From Vicinamibacterales bacterium (lineage in GTDB: Bacteria > Acidobacteriota > Vicinamibacteria > Vicinamibacterales > SCN-69-37): a stretch of DNA of 64,000 nucleotides. The stretch spans positions 146,715 to 210,714 of the forward strand of contig JAURFE010000002.1 in NCBI GenBank assembly GCA_030827135.1, given 5' to 3'. Numbering within the stretch: the first letter of the stretch is position 1; the number at the start of each line of letters is the position of its first letter. A program made the translations under genes and the position numbers. The notes beneath the pieces are model-generated. The model was not told where the DNA came from. It saw only the letters and a program-made list of their open reading frames with translations, and made no database searches. Below, in pieces: positions 11,610 to 21,623 of this stretch.

Positions 11610-12330
11610 GCCGCCCCCCTGAAACAGCCGCTCGGCTGATCGCACGGCCAGCGCCGACAGTGTCAACGTGGGATTGCCGGCAGGACAGGTCGGGAACACG
11701 CCGGCGCCGAGCACCACGAGATTGCGAGTGCCATGGTGCCGCAGGTCGGCATCCACCACACTGTCCTCCGGGTCCGTGCCCATCCGCGTCGTGCCCTGGA
11801 TGTGCCAGCGGCCCCAAGGTCGGCCGGGGGCAGCACCCGGAAGGACTCGACCGGCAGTCCGTCGATCAACTCCTCCGTCAGGCGGGTCACCGCGTTCAGT
11901 CCCGCCTGCATGTAGGCACTGTGCGCCGCGTAACTGATCGCGGGGTGGGAGGGATCCTCCGCGGCGATCTCCACCGCGTTCTGCGACTCGGGAAGATCCT
12001 CAAACACGAACGTGATGTGCGCCCGCTGCCGCCATCGGCCGCGTTCCGCACGCAGGACCGGCACGTTCCAGCTTTCGATCAGACACCCGGGTCCAAGCGC
12101 GGCATGCTTCCGCCAAACCCAATCATCTGGGTCCACGTCTTCTGCGGCGTTCGATTGACGAACAAGGGATCCGGGACGGCCGCCCCGGCTTCCGGCGGCG
12201 CGGAGCCCCGCTGCCCCCACTCCAGTACCAGAACGCGGTCATTTGGCGCGGCGTGCCTGAGATACTCCTGCAGAAAAAAGCTCGAAGCAAATCCGGTGCC
12301 GACGACAACTGTCGCGTAATTTTCGTTCAC
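11606..12330 (-). pseudogene. GMC-family (choline dehydrogenase-like) flavoprotein, internally deleted and frameshifted
   Basis: N-terminal VVVGTGFASS...VLVLEWG...GFGGS, middle FEDLPESQN, and C-terminal HIQGTTRMGTDPEDSVVDADLRHHG.RNLVVLGAGVFPT..AGNPTLTLSALA.R lie in three different frames; only about 240 codons in total. Confidence 0.8.
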
Positions 12331-12422
12331 CGTCACCCTGCCCCCAGCATCATGCCGGAAGTAGTATCCCACGCACTCCGTGCGATAATTACAGGCTCCC
12401 TGGCTGACCGGGACACCTGCCC

Positions 12423-14939
12423 ATGCAACCCGCTCTCCTCCGCGCGCTCGAGTTCGATCGCATCCGGGAAGCGTTGGCGTTCCAGACGCTGACGCCCCTG
12501 GGACGTTCGGCTGCGCTCGCGCTCGAACCGTCATCAGACGCCGCCGACGTCCGGGCGCGGCTCGATACGACCTCGGAGGCCGTTCGCCTGCTCGCCGACG
12601 GCGGCTCGCTCTCCATCCAGGCGCCCGAGGCGTTGCTCGACATTCTGGACGCGCTCGCGGTTGCGGGACAGCCTCTGGATCCCGTGTCGCTGGTGGGCCT
12701 CGCAACGTTTGTGGACTCGGTGGACGATGCCTGCCAGACGATTCGTCGCCTCGGCACAGCGGCCCCGTTGCTGGGCGATCTGGTGTCGGCCGCCGCGTCA
12801 TTTGCCGATGAAGCCGCGCGCACGCGGCGCGCGATTACACCATCGGGCGACGTCACTGACGACGCGAGTACGGCGCTGCGCGACATCCGCGACGCATTAC
12901 GCCGTCATCGCGCGAGGTTGCGTACCACGCTCGAGGGACTCACCCGCGGCCGCGACACGGCGAAATATCTGCAGGACCAGATCGTCGCCGACCGCGGTGG
13001 CCGGTACGTGGTGATGGTGCGCGCCGAACATCACCATGCGATCCCAGGCATCGTGCACGGCAGTTCCGCGAGCGGCGCGTCGTTGTACCTCGAGCCGATG
13101 GCGACCGTGCAGACCAACAACGAGATCGTGGCGCTGGTTGACCGCGAAAAAGCGGAAGTGTTCCGCATCCTCCTCGCGTTGACGGATGCGTACCGAGTTC
13201 GGGCCGCCGACCTTGAGAACACGCTGCAGGTCGCGGCCGAACTGGACCTGATTCAGGCCAAGGCGCGGCTCGCACAGCGGTATCAGGCCATCCCGCCGGC
13301 GCTCACCACCGACGGGCGGCTGGAATTCCGAGGGGCGCGCCATCCGCTCCTGACGGAAAAGACGTCGGGAGGTGTTTTCGCGTCCGTTTCGGCGAATCAG
13401 GCCGAAACCGTGACTGACGGCGCAAAAACACCTCCCGACGTCTTTTCCGTCGTCGCCAACGACATCGTGCTCGTGCCGCCGATGCGGGCGCTGGTGATCT
13501 CGGGCCCCAACACCGGCGGCAAGACCGTCGCGCTCAAAGCGGCGGGCCTCCTCGCGCTGATGGCACAGGCGGGCCTGCATATTCCCGTCGAGGCCGGGAG
13601 CGCGTTTACGCCGTTCACGTCGATCTTTGCGGACATCGGCGACGACCAGTCGATCGCGGCGAGTCTCTCCACCTTCTCCGCCCGCATCGCGCACCTTGTG
13701 GAAATGGAACGCGCGCTGGAGTTGCCGGCCCTCGTGCTGCTCGACGAAGTCGGCGGCGGCACCGATCCGATCGAAGGCGGCGCCCTCGGCACAGCCGTGA
13801 TCGATCACTTCCGACGCCGCGGCGCGCTGGTCATTGCGACGACACATGACGACGGGTTGAAGACGTTTGCGGCGACGACCGAGGGCATTCAGGCGGCCGC
13901 CATGGGGTTTGTCTCCGGCACGTACGCCCCCACCTACCGGCTCCTGTACGGCGCGCCCGGCCGAAGTCTCGCGCTGGAGATTGCCGAACGCCTGGGGATG
14001 CCCCCGGATGTGATTGCCGCCGCAAGGGCGCGGCGATCGTCGCGCGAGACACAACTGGCCGAGCACCTCGCCCGGGTGGACCAGGAGCTCGCAGTCATCG
14101 ATCGCGAGCGGCAGCACCTCGCCGAGGAACGGAAGCGCGTCGCGGAGGAGCGCACGAAGATCCTCGCGCGTGAGTCACACGTCACCGAGCGTGAAGCCGT
14201 CCTGCGCAAGCGCCTCGACGATCGCCTGAACGAGAAGCTGCGAGAAGCGAGAGCCGAAGTGGATCGCGTGGTCGCCCAGGTCAAGACCAGGGCCGAGGCG
14301 CTCGTGCACAAAGCCGAGCAGCGGCCGCTCTCCACCGGAGAGATTGGCCACCTGCGTGTGCAGGGCCGCGCGGCGCTTGAGTCCGTCGCGCAGCCGATGG
14401 TGCCGGCTGCAGCCGACGCGCATGTCGCACTTGACCGCGCGCCGGATCCCGGCGACGAGGTCTTCGTGCCGGCGTTTGGGTCAAGGGGTACCGTGACGTC
14501 CGCCTCAGGGAAACATGCCGAGATCGATGTGCGGGGCAAACGGATGAAAGTCGCGTGGCGCGATCTTCAGCGCCCCGCTCGGGCTGACGCGCGCACACCC
14601 AGCGCGTCCTACGGACCACGCGCGGGCGGACGGGAGACGCCGTCGCGAGCGGGTGGCGGCGTCACCATGCCGGCCAGCGTGGGCATGGCTTCCGCCGTGC
14701 GCGAGCTGATGGTCATCGGCAAGACGGTGGATCAGGCCACCGACGAGGCCGAGAAGTTTCTGGATGCCGCCTTACTCTCCGACAGCCGGCGCCTGCGCAT
14801 CGTCCACGGCCACGGCACCGGCAAATTGCGCGAGGCGATGACGAAGTTCTTTCGCGAACATCCACTCGTCGCCGCGGTGAGTCCGGCGCCCGACAATGAA
14901 GGCGGCAACGGCGCCACCATCGTGGAGCTGAAGGACTGA
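12423..14939 (+). CDS. mutS2: MutS2 with C-terminal Smr domain
   Basis: LRALEFD, GIVHGSSASGASLYLEP, ISGPNTGGKT, DIGDDQSI..SLSTFS, LLDEVGGGTDP, KOW-like segment, IVHGHGTGKLR. Confidence 0.95.
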   Translation: MQPALLRALEFDRIREALAFQTLTPLGRSAALALEPSSDAADVRARLDTTSEAVRLLADGGSLSIQAPEALLDILDALAVAGQPLDPVSLVGLATFVDSVDDACQTIRRLGTAAPLLGDLVSAAASFADEAARTRRAITPSGDVTDDASTALRDIRDALRRHRARLRTTLEGLTRGRDTAKYLQDQIVADRGGRYVVMVRAEHHHAIPGIVHGSSASGASLYLEPMATVQTNNEIVALVDREKAEVFRILLALTDAYRVRAADLENTLQVAAELDLIQAKARLAQRYQAIPPALTTDGRLEFRGARHPLLTEKTSGGVFASVSANQAETVTDGAKTPPDVFSVVANDIVLVPPMRALVISGPNTGGKTVALKAAGLLALMAQAGLHIPVEAGSAFTPFTSIFADIGDDQSIAASLSTFSARIAHLVEMERALELPALVLLDEVGGGTDPIEGGALGTAVIDHFRRRGALVIATTHDDGLKTFAATTEGIQAAAMGFVSGTYAPTYRLLYGAPGRSLALEIAERLGMPPDVIAAARARRSSRETQLAEHLARVDQELAVIDRERQHLAEERKRVAEERTKILARESHVTEREAVLRKRLDDRLNEKLREARAEVDRVVAQVKTRAEALVHKAEQRPLSTGEIGHLRVQGRAALESVAQPMVPAAADAHVALDRAPDPGDEVFVPAFGSRGTVTSASGKHAEIDVRGKRMKVAWRDLQRPARADARTPSASYGPRAGGRETPSRAGGGVTMPASVGMASAVRELMVIGKTVDQATDEAEKFLDAALLSDSRRLRIVHGHGTGKLREAMTKFFREHPLVAAVSPAPDNEGGNGATIVELKD
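13352..13451. repeat. 100-bp palindromic element inserted in frame in mutS2
   Basis: Perfect 27-bp inverted repeat gacggaaaagacgtcgggaggtgtttt (13352-13378) / aaaacacctcccgacgtcttttccgtc (13425-13451), with inner hairpin gtttcggc/gccgaaac. Confidence 0.88.
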
Positions 14940-16711
14940 TGGCGCTGTTCCCCCAGGGCTTCCTCGACGACCTCAAAGCCCACACCGACATCGTCACCAT
15001 CATTGGAGAAGTGACGCCGCTGAAAAAGGCCGGCGCCAACTGGAAGGGACTGTGTCCGTTTCACACGGAGAAGACCCCGTCCTTCAACGTGCTCAAGGAC
15101 AAGGGCATCTTTAAGTGTTTCGGCTGTGGTGTCGGCGGCGATGTCCTCAAGTTCATCGAACTGCACCAGAAGATCACCTTTCCGGAAGCCGTGCGGCTCC
15201 TCGCCCAGCGCGCGAGCCTGACGATCCCGGAAGGTGTGGACGGCGCGGAGGATCGCGTGGCCTCGGCCGAGCGCGAAGCCCTGGTCAAACTGCACGAGGA
15301 CGCGCTGGCGTTTTATCGTGAGCAGTTGGAGACGCCGGGCGGAGCACGCGCGAAGCGGGAACTCGAGAAACGCGGCCTGACGGCCGCCACGGTCGAGATC
15401 TTCGGCTACGGATTCGCGCCGGCCGCAGGGCGCGACACGTTGACCAGCCTGTTTGCGGACCGGAAGGTGCCGCTGGCCCTCCAGACCAAGTCCGGGTTGG
15501 TGATGCAGCGCGACGACGGCCGGGTGGTCGACCGGTTCCGGAACCGTCTGATGATCCCGATTCGGCGGGATACTGGGTCCCTGGTGGCCTTCGGGGGCCG
15601 GGCCATGGACGAGGGGCAGGTCCCCAAATACCTGAATTCGCCGGAAACCCCCATTTATTCGAAGGGCCGGACCCTGTACGGGTTGGACGTGACGAAAGGG
15701 GCCATTCGGAAGCACAATTACTGTGTGCTGGTTGAGGGCTACTTCGACCTGGCGCAGGTGTGGCAGGCGGGGGTGCAGCCAGTGGTGGCGTCCAGCGGAA
15801 CAGCGCTGACGGTGACGCAGGCGCGACTGTTGAAACGGTTTGCCCCGAAGATCGTTCTAAGTTTTGACCCGGACGCGGCCGGACAGGGGGCGGCGGCGCG
15901 GACGTCCGAGTTGTTGGTCGCGGAAGGATTCCAGGTCAATGTGGCCCTGCTGCCCACGGGCAGCGACCCCGATACGTTCATCAGGAACGAAGGCGGGCGT
16001 GCGTATGTCGAGCGCCTGAAGGGGTCTCGCTCCTATCTGGAATTCCTGCTCGACCGCGCGGCGGAACGGGTGGACCTGAACCGGCCTGATGGCCGGCGGA
16101 CGTTTATCGGCCAGATGCTGACGGTGGCGGCGACGATTCCCGACCCGGCAGCGCGCGATCAGTTCGCGGATCGACTGGCGCACAAGGCGCGGATCACCGA
16201 GAGCGTGGTGCGCGACGAGATTCGGAAAGCGGCGGCCCAGAAGAAGACGGAGCCACCGGCAGTCGCACTCCCCTCGCGGATGCGGGTGCTCGACGCGGAG
16301 CAGGGGTTGTTGTGGGCGCTGGTCCATCGGCCCGTGGAAGGACTCGGCGCGCTCGCGCAGCTTGAGCCGGATGACCTGACTGGCCTGGTGTCGGCGCCCG
16401 TGTTCGCGCTGGCCCGCAGTCTGGCGGACGTGCCGGCCGATGGACTGCCTGAGTTGCTGAAAGAGCGGCTCAGTGAGGGAGAACAGGCGCTGGTGGCCAG
16501 GGCCGCCGGCGCAGAAGCGGCGGCCCCTCCGTCGGATTGCGTGAACGCCCTCAAGCGCCGTCGCCTCGAACGCGAGCGCACCGAGGTGCAGGACGAGATT
16601 GACCGGCTGCAGGCCGGGACACGGGCGGGCGACGACACCGATCGCCGGCTCGGCGCATTGTGGGCGAAGAAGTTGGAGCTGCTGCAGCGGCTCGAAGCGT
16701 TGAAGGAGTAG
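14939..16711 (+). CDS. dnaG: DNA primase
   Basis: CPFH.EKTPSF zinc-binding domain, [36 protein letters not shown] motifs; TGATG overlap with mutS2. Confidence 0.97.
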   Translation: MALFPQGFLDDLKAHTDIVTIIGEVTPLKKAGANWKGLCPFHTEKTPSFNVLKDKGIFKCFGCGVGGDVLKFIELHQKITFPEAVRLLAQRASLTIPEGVDGAEDRVASAEREALVKLHEDALAFYREQLETPGGARAKRELEKRGLTAATVEIFGYGFAPAAGRDTLTSLFADRKVPLALQTKSGLVMQRDDGRVVDRFRNRLMIPIRRDTGSLVAFGGRAMDEGQVPKYLNSPETPIYSKGRTLYGLDVTKGAIRKHNYCVLVEGYFDLAQVWQAGVQPVVASSGTALTVTQARLLKRFAPKIVLSFDPDAAGQGAAARTSELLVAEGFQVNVALLPTGSDPDTFIRNEGGRAYVERLKGSRSYLEFLLDRAAERVDLNRPDGRRTFIGQMLTVAATIPDPAARDQFADRLAHKARITESVVRDEIRKAAAQKKTEPPAVALPSRMRVLDAEQGLLWALVHRPVEGLGALAQLEPDDLTGLVSAPVFALARSLADVPADGLPELLKERLSEGEQALVARAAGAEAAAPPSDCVNALKRRRLERERTEVQDEIDRLQAGTRAGDDTDRRLGALWAKKLELLQRLEALKE

Positions 16712-16716
16712 GGACC

Positions 16717-18408
16717 TTGTCGATTGAGGAAAAGTTTGACGAAATCCGGGCACTGATGGCGATGGGCAAGGAGAAGGGGTATCTCCTGTACGAGGAGATC
16801 AACGAACTCCTGCCCGCCGATGTGACGTCCGCCGAAGAACTCGATGACCTGTTCAGCGCGTTGAACAGTGCCGGCATCGAGGTCGTGGACTCCGAAAAAA
16901 GCTACCGCGACGACAAGGGCGGCAGCGATGAACCCGAGGGCGGCGGCGGGGGCGACCTCGACCTGACCCCGGGCGTCCTTGACAAGACGAACGATCCCGT
17001 CCGGATGTACTTGCGCGAAATGGGTACGGTGCCGCTGCTCACCCGCGAGGGAGAAGTCGCCATCGCGAAGCGCATCGAGCGCGGCAAACTCACCGTCATG
17101 AAGCTGATTTCCCGGACGTCGAAGGTGACCCAGGAGGTCATCGAGATGGGGGAGCAGCTCAAGCGCGGCGAGCGCACCATCCGTGAACTGGTGGTCTTCA
17201 ACGAGGAAGAGATCACGGACGAGAAGCTCGAACGCCGTCGTAAGCAGCTTGAGAAGCAGATCGACGCCGTGCGCATCGCACAGGAAAACGCCGTCAAGGT
17301 CGCCGAGAAGTTCGCCGACGTGGCGAAGACCGACAAGAAGAAGTACGTCAAGGCCAGCTGGAAGATCCGCCGGGCCAAAGTGGCGGTGACCATCGCCATC
17401 CGGAAGATCGAATTCACCGAGATGGTGAAGCGACGGCTGATCGACGGCCTCAAGTCGGCGGTGGAAGACATCCAGTGGAAGCAGCGCGAAGTGCGCCAGA
17501 TCGACCAGAAGCTTGATCCGAAGAGCAAGAAGAAGCTGCGCGAGGAAGAGAAGAAGATCCTCCTCAAGCACAAGGAAGAGCTGAAGAAGGAGGTCAAGGC
17601 GATGGCGCTCAAGCTCGAGCAGCCGGCCGACGACCTCACGCTGATGCTGCGGACGATCCTCGAAGGCGAGGCGCAGGCCGAACAGGCGAAGAAGGAACTG
17701 GTCGAAGCCAACCTGCGCCTGGTCGTCTCCATCGCCAAGAAGTACACGAACCGCGGCCTGCAGTTCCTCGACCTGATTCAGGAAGGCAACATCGGCCTGA
17801 TGAAGGCGGTCGACAAGTTCGAGTACCGCCGCGGCTACAAGTTCTCGACCTACGCCACGTGGTGGATCCGCCAGGCGATCACGCGCGCCATCGCCGACCA
17901 GGCGCGCACGATCCGCATCCCGGTCCACATGATCGAGACGATCAACAAACTCATCCGCACGTCGCGCGCCCTCGTCCAGGAACTCGGCCGCGAGCCGTCG
18001 TCGGAAGAAATCGCGCAGCGCATGGACATTCCCGTGTCGAAGGTCCGCAAGGTCCTGAAGATCGCGCAGGAACCCATCTCGCTCGAAACGCCGATTGGCG
18101 AAGAGGAAGATTCACACCTTGGGGACTTCATCCCTGATACGAACGTCCTCTCCCCCGCCGAGTCGGTGATCAACCTGAACCTCAAGGAGCAGACCGACTC
18201 CGTGCTGCGCACGCTGACGCCGCGTGAAGAACGTGTAATCAAGATGCGGTTTGGGGTGGGTGAAGGTTCGGAGCACACGCTCGAAGAAGTCGGCCAGAGC
18301 TTTGCGGTCACCCGTGAGCGCATCCGGCAGATCGAGGCCAAGGCGCTCCGCAAGCTGCGTCATCCGTCGCGGTCACGCCGGCTCAAGCCCTTCCTGGAAG
18401 GCCGCTGA
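16717..18408 (+). CDS. rpoD: Primary sigma factor RpoD
   Basis: [59 protein letters not shown]. Start placed at TTG 16717 behind AAGGAG. Confidence 0.97.
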   Translation: MSIEEKFDEIRALMAMGKEKGYLLYEEINELLPADVTSAEELDDLFSALNSAGIEVVDSEKSYRDDKGGSDEPEGGGGGDLDLTPGVLDKTNDPVRMYLREMGTVPLLTREGEVAIAKRIERGKLTVMKLISRTSKVTQEVIEMGEQLKRGERTIRELVVFNEEEITDEKLERRRKQLEKQIDAVRIAQENAVKVAEKFADVAKTDKKKYVKASWKIRRAKVAVTIAIRKIEFTEMVKRRLIDGLKSAVEDIQWKQREVRQIDQKLDPKSKKKLREEEKKILLKHKEELKKEVKAMALKLEQPADDLTLMLRTILEGEAQAEQAKKELVEANLRLVVSIAKKYTNRGLQFLDLIQEGNIGLMKAVDKFEYRRGYKFSTYATWWIRQAITRAIADQARTIRIPVHMIETINKLIRTSRALVQELGREPSSEEIAQRMDIPVSKVRKVLKIAQEPISLETPIGEEEDSHLGDFIPDTNVLSPAESVINLNLKEQTDSVLRTLTPREERVIKMRFGVGEGSEHTLEEVGQSFAVTRERIRQIEAKALRKLRHPSRSRRLKPFLEGR

Positions 18409-18424
18409 GGGCGCGCCGGCGCTG

Positions 18425-18555
18425 TTATTGAGGATTGAGGATTGGCAATTGTTCAATTGCGGATTGAGGGATTCAATTCCACAATCAGGCAATCAATCCT
18501 CAATCCCCCAATTGAACAATGGCCAATCCTCCCTCCTCAATCCTCAATCCTCAAT
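18425..18555. repeat. Gene-less inverted-arm element of ATTGAGG/CCTCAAT heptamers (empty relative of the 24701-25379 cassette)
   Basis: Starts ttattgaggattgaggattggcaattgttcaattg and ends caattgaacaatggccaatcct...cctcaatcctcaat; followed by GC hairpin gcagcgcc/ggcgctgc (18556-18574). Confidence 0.88.
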
Positions 18556-18577
18556 GCAGCGCCGCAGGCGCTGCTTC

Positions 18578-18653
18578 GGGCCCTTAGCTCAATGGTTAGA
18601 GCGGCCGGCTCATAACCGGTTGGTTCCAGGTTCGAGTCCTGGAGGGCCCACCA
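18578..18653 (+). tRNA. tRNA with CAU anticodon, most likely tRNA-Ile2 (lysidine-modified); elongator Met not excluded
   Basis: 76-nt cloverleaf GGGCCCT...AGGGCCC-A-CCA, anticodon loop CTCATAA, GGTTCGAGTCC T-arm. Paired G1-C72 argues against initiator; position after rpoD matches ileX-type tRNAs. Confidence 0.93.
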
Positions 18654-18678
18654 GTACTGCTGGCCTTCGGCCAGACCG

Positions 18679-18716
18679 TTATTGAGGGATTGAGGATTGG
18701 GGATTGAGGATTGGGG
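18679..18716. repeat. Half element: left arm only of the ATTGAGG repeat family
   Basis: ttattgagggattgaggattggggattgaggattgggg directly after hairpin ctggcc-ttc-ggccag, downstream of the tRNA. Confidence 0.8.
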
Positions 18717-18752
18717 CCTGCCTGGGCATCAGGCACTGTAGACTACTGGCTG

Positions 18753-19484
18753 ATGCTCGAAGCTCTGACTTCTCTGATCGCGCTGCAGGCGCTTGACACT
18801 GCGGCGGATGTGGCGCGGAAGCGCGTAGCCGAGATGCCGGCCCTCGAAAAGAGCATCGACAGGACCATTGCCGCCGCCCAGGCGGCTGTCGACGCGGTGA
18901 AGGCGCGACAGGCCGAGAACGCCTCAGCCGTTCGCGCACTCGAAAAAGAGACCGCCATCATCGACGGGCGGATGGCCAAGTTCGAGGATCACAAGGCCGC
19001 CGTCAAGACCAACCAGGAATTCCACGCACTCAACCACGAGATCGAAGTCGCGCAGGCCTCCAAGGCCGCGCTCGACGATCAAATCCTGGCGTTGATGGAA
19101 GCGGCCGAGGTGCTGGCCGCCGAAAAGACCGCTGCAGACGCCGCCCTGAAAGACACGACCGCGGCCGCCGAGAAAGACCGCGCTGCCCTGCGGGCCGAGC
19201 AGACCGCCCTTGAAGCCGAGTTGACCCGCCTGGCCGGTGAACGCGCGGCCGCGATTCCTGCGATTCCGAAACCGGTGCTGGCCAAATACGACCAGATCGC
19301 CAAAAACCGTAAGGGCATCTCGGTGTCAGCAATGGTGAACGGCATCTGCACCGGCTGTCACGTCCGGCTGCGACCCAACGTGGAACAGCAGGTCCGCAAA
19401 GGCGATGCGATCACGCAGTGTGACTCCTGTCAGCGGATTCTGTACTACGTAGCGCCTGAAAAGAATGAGGCACTTGGCCAATGA
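18753..19484 (+). CDS. Coiled-coil protein with C4 zinc ribbon (DUF164 / CT398 / HP0958 family)
   Basis: LIALQALD, VKTNQEFHALNHEI, long coiled coil, CTGCHVRL...CDSCQRILY. Confidence 0.9.
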   Translation: MLEALTSLIALQALDTAADVARKRVAEMPALEKSIDRTIAAAQAAVDAVKARQAENASAVRALEKETAIIDGRMAKFEDHKAAVKTNQEFHALNHEIEVAQASKAALDDQILALMEAAEVLAAEKTAADAALKDTTAAAEKDRAALRAEQTALEAELTRLAGERAAAIPAIPKPVLAKYDQIAKNRKGISVSAMVNGICTGCHVRLRPNVEQQVRKGDAITQCDSCQRILYYVAPEKNEALGQ

Positions 19485-19621
19485 GGCCACGGGCCGGTGA
19501 ACGCGCCTTACGGCCCGCGCGAACGAATCGTGAACTCCGTCCCGCGCTGGAACTGCGTCTGATTTGAATCGCCGCCGATGAGCACCGTGGCAGCCGCGCA
19601 GCCGCTACCGACCACCGCGCC

Positions 19622-20497
19622 ATGAACGTACACCTCGTTGACGGTACGTACGAGTTGTTCAGGCACTACTACGGCGCACCACGCTCGCAATCCGTGGACG
19701 GCATGGAGGTCGGCGCCATTCGCGGCGTGCTGGGTTCGATGCTGGGGATGCTCGGCGATGGCACCACGCATATCGCTGTGGCCACCGACCACGTCATCGA
19801 GTCGTTCCGCAACAGCCTGTGGCGTGGCTACAAGACCGGGGAGGGAATCGAGCCCGAACTCTGGGCGCAGTTTCACCCGCTTGAGGACGCGCTCGAGGCC
19901 ATGGGCATCACCGTCATGCGGATGATCGACTTCGAGGCCGACGATGCCCTGGCGGCGGGGGCGGCGAAGGCGGCCGCCGACCCGCGCGTGAGCCGCGTGT
20001 TCATCTGCACCCCGGATAAGGATCTCGCGCAGTCCGTGGTGGACTCGCGGGTGGTGCAGTTCGACCGGCGCGCACGAGTCATGCGCGATGCGGACGGGGT
20101 GCGCACGAAGTTTGGCGTGCCGCCGGCGTCCATTCCCGATTACCTGGCCCTGACAGGTGACTCCGCCGACGGATACCCCGGCCTGCCGGGGTGGGGTGCG
20201 AAATCAGCGGCTGCCGTGCTGGCGCACTACGGCACCATCGAGCAGATTCCTGATGACCATCGTCAGTGGGCGGTGCAGGTCCGCAGTGCGGCGCACCTTG
20301 CCGCCACACTCGCTGAATATCGCGCGCAGGCGAACCTGTTCAAGGAACTCGCCACGTTGCGGCTTGATGCGCCGGTGTTCACCTCCGTCGATGCGATTCG
20401 CTGGACGGGCCCTCAGGCGAACTTCCCCAATGTGTGCGAACGCCTCGGCGCGAAGAACCTGGCCCTGCGCGCAGCGGCGATTCGCGGCGCCGCCTAG
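19622..20497 (+). CDS. Stand-alone 5'-3' exonuclease / flap endonuclease
   Basis: HLVDGT, FEADD, PDKDLAQ, ALTGDSADGYPGLPGWGAKSA (H3TH); no polymerase domain. Confidence 0.9.
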   Translation: MNVHLVDGTYELFRHYYGAPRSQSVDGMEVGAIRGVLGSMLGMLGDGTTHIAVATDHVIESFRNSLWRGYKTGEGIEPELWAQFHPLEDALEAMGITVMRMIDFEADDALAAGAAKAAADPRVSRVFICTPDKDLAQSVVDSRVVQFDRRARVMRDADGVRTKFGVPPASIPDYLALTGDSADGYPGLPGWGAKSAAAVLAHYGTIEQIPDDHRQWAVQVRSAAHLAATLAEYRAQANLFKELATLRLDAPVFTSVDAIRWTGPQANFPNVCERLGAKNLALRAAAIRGAA

Positions 20498-20507
20498 GTC
20501 CATCGGG

Positions 20508-21593
20508 TCACCTGGTGCCGGAGGCGGTCGGATGGCGAATCATCATCACGACCAGTGTGATTACCGTCAGCGGCACCACAAACCCCAACATGACGCCCGA
20601 AAAGGCGGGCAACGCGTCGTGCTGCTGCGTGGCCAGGAGCAGATACCCGACGTACGCCACGAAGTAGCCGAGAAACACGCCACCCTCCCACCGTGCGATC
20701 TCGCGGCCGGTTATGAACACGGGGAGGCACGCCAGCGCCACCGCCAGCATCACCCAGATGTCGAAGGCGAGCACTGACGGGGCCACCACCAAACCGAGGT
20801 GGCCCGACACAAGACCAGACAGGCCCAGACAGCCCAAAATGTTGAACGTGCTGCTGCCGACCACGTTGCCCACCGCGATGTCGCGTTCACCCTTGATCGC
20901 CGCGGCGAGACTGGTCGCCACCTCGGGCATGCTGGTGCCCGCAGCGACGATCGTCAGGCCGATGACCACGTCGCTGACGCCCAGAGCCTTTGCGAAGTTC
21001 ACCGAGGCCTGCACGAGATAGTCCGACCCCAGAACAAGGGCCGTCAGGCCGACGACGATCAGTCCCACTTGTGACGCCCAATGACTATCCCAGGCGCCGG
21101 GTTCGGCGGGCTGGATCTCGTCGGCGAACTCCTCTTTGGCAGCCTCGGTCTCGCGGCGCGACTGAATCACCAGAAATACGGTGTAGGACACGAGCGACCC
21201 GAACAGCCAGATGCCGTCCATGAACGACACATTGCCGTCGAAGGTAAACACCAGCAGCAGCAGACTGGCGCCCAGCATGATCGGCACCTCCTGGCGGATC
21301 AACTGGATGTTCACGACCAGGGGCGCGATCAGCGCGCTGATGCCAAGAATAAACAGCACGTTGAAGATGTTGCTGCCCACCACATTGCCGATGGCGATGT
21401 CGGTCGTCCCGTCGAGCACCGCACTCACGCTGACGGCCACCTCCGGCGCACTGGTCCCGAAAGCGACGATGGTCAGCCCGACCACCAGGGGGCTGATGCC
21501 GAACGACAACGCCAGCTTCGACGCGCCACGCACCAGCGCGCTGGCACCACCCACCAGCAGGATCAGGCCTGCAAGAAATAAGAGAAGATCCAT
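20508..21593 (-). CDS. Calcium/sodium antiporter (YrbG/CaCA family)
   Basis: Two alpha repeats GLTIVAFGTSAPE...GNVVGSNIFN and GLTIVAAGTSMPE...GNVVGSSTFN. Confidence 0.93.
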   Translation of the reverse strand: MDLLLFLAGLILLVGGASALVRGASKLALSFGISPLVVGLTIVAFGTSAPEVAVSVSAVLDGTTDIAIGNVVGSNIFNVLFILGISALIAPLVVNIQLIRQEVPIMLGASLLLLVFTFDGNVSFMDGIWLFGSLVSYTVFLVIQSRRETEAAKEEFADEIQPAEPGAWDSHWASQVGLIVVGLTALVLGSDYLVQASVNFAKALGVSDVVIGLTIVAAGTSMPEVATSLAAAIKGERDIAVGNVVGSSTFNILGCLGLSGLVSGHLGLVVAPSVLAFDIWVMLAVALACLPVFITGREIARWEGGVFLGYFVAYVGYLLLATQQHDALPAFSGVMLGFVVPLTVITLVVMMIRHPTASGTR

Positions 21594-21623
21594 GACTGCT
21601 CGCCTCTATGGAATCACCGCGCC

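Noticed and set aside
18578-18716. tRNA as an integration site for an island
   Set aside because: No integrase and no duplicated tRNA 3' end noticed; flanking genes are housekeeping.
18251-18939. ORFs translating the heptamer repeats (NPQSSI-type peptides), also at 24599-24960 and 25301-25827
   Set aside because: They are translations of repeat arms and the tRNA, with no coding signals.
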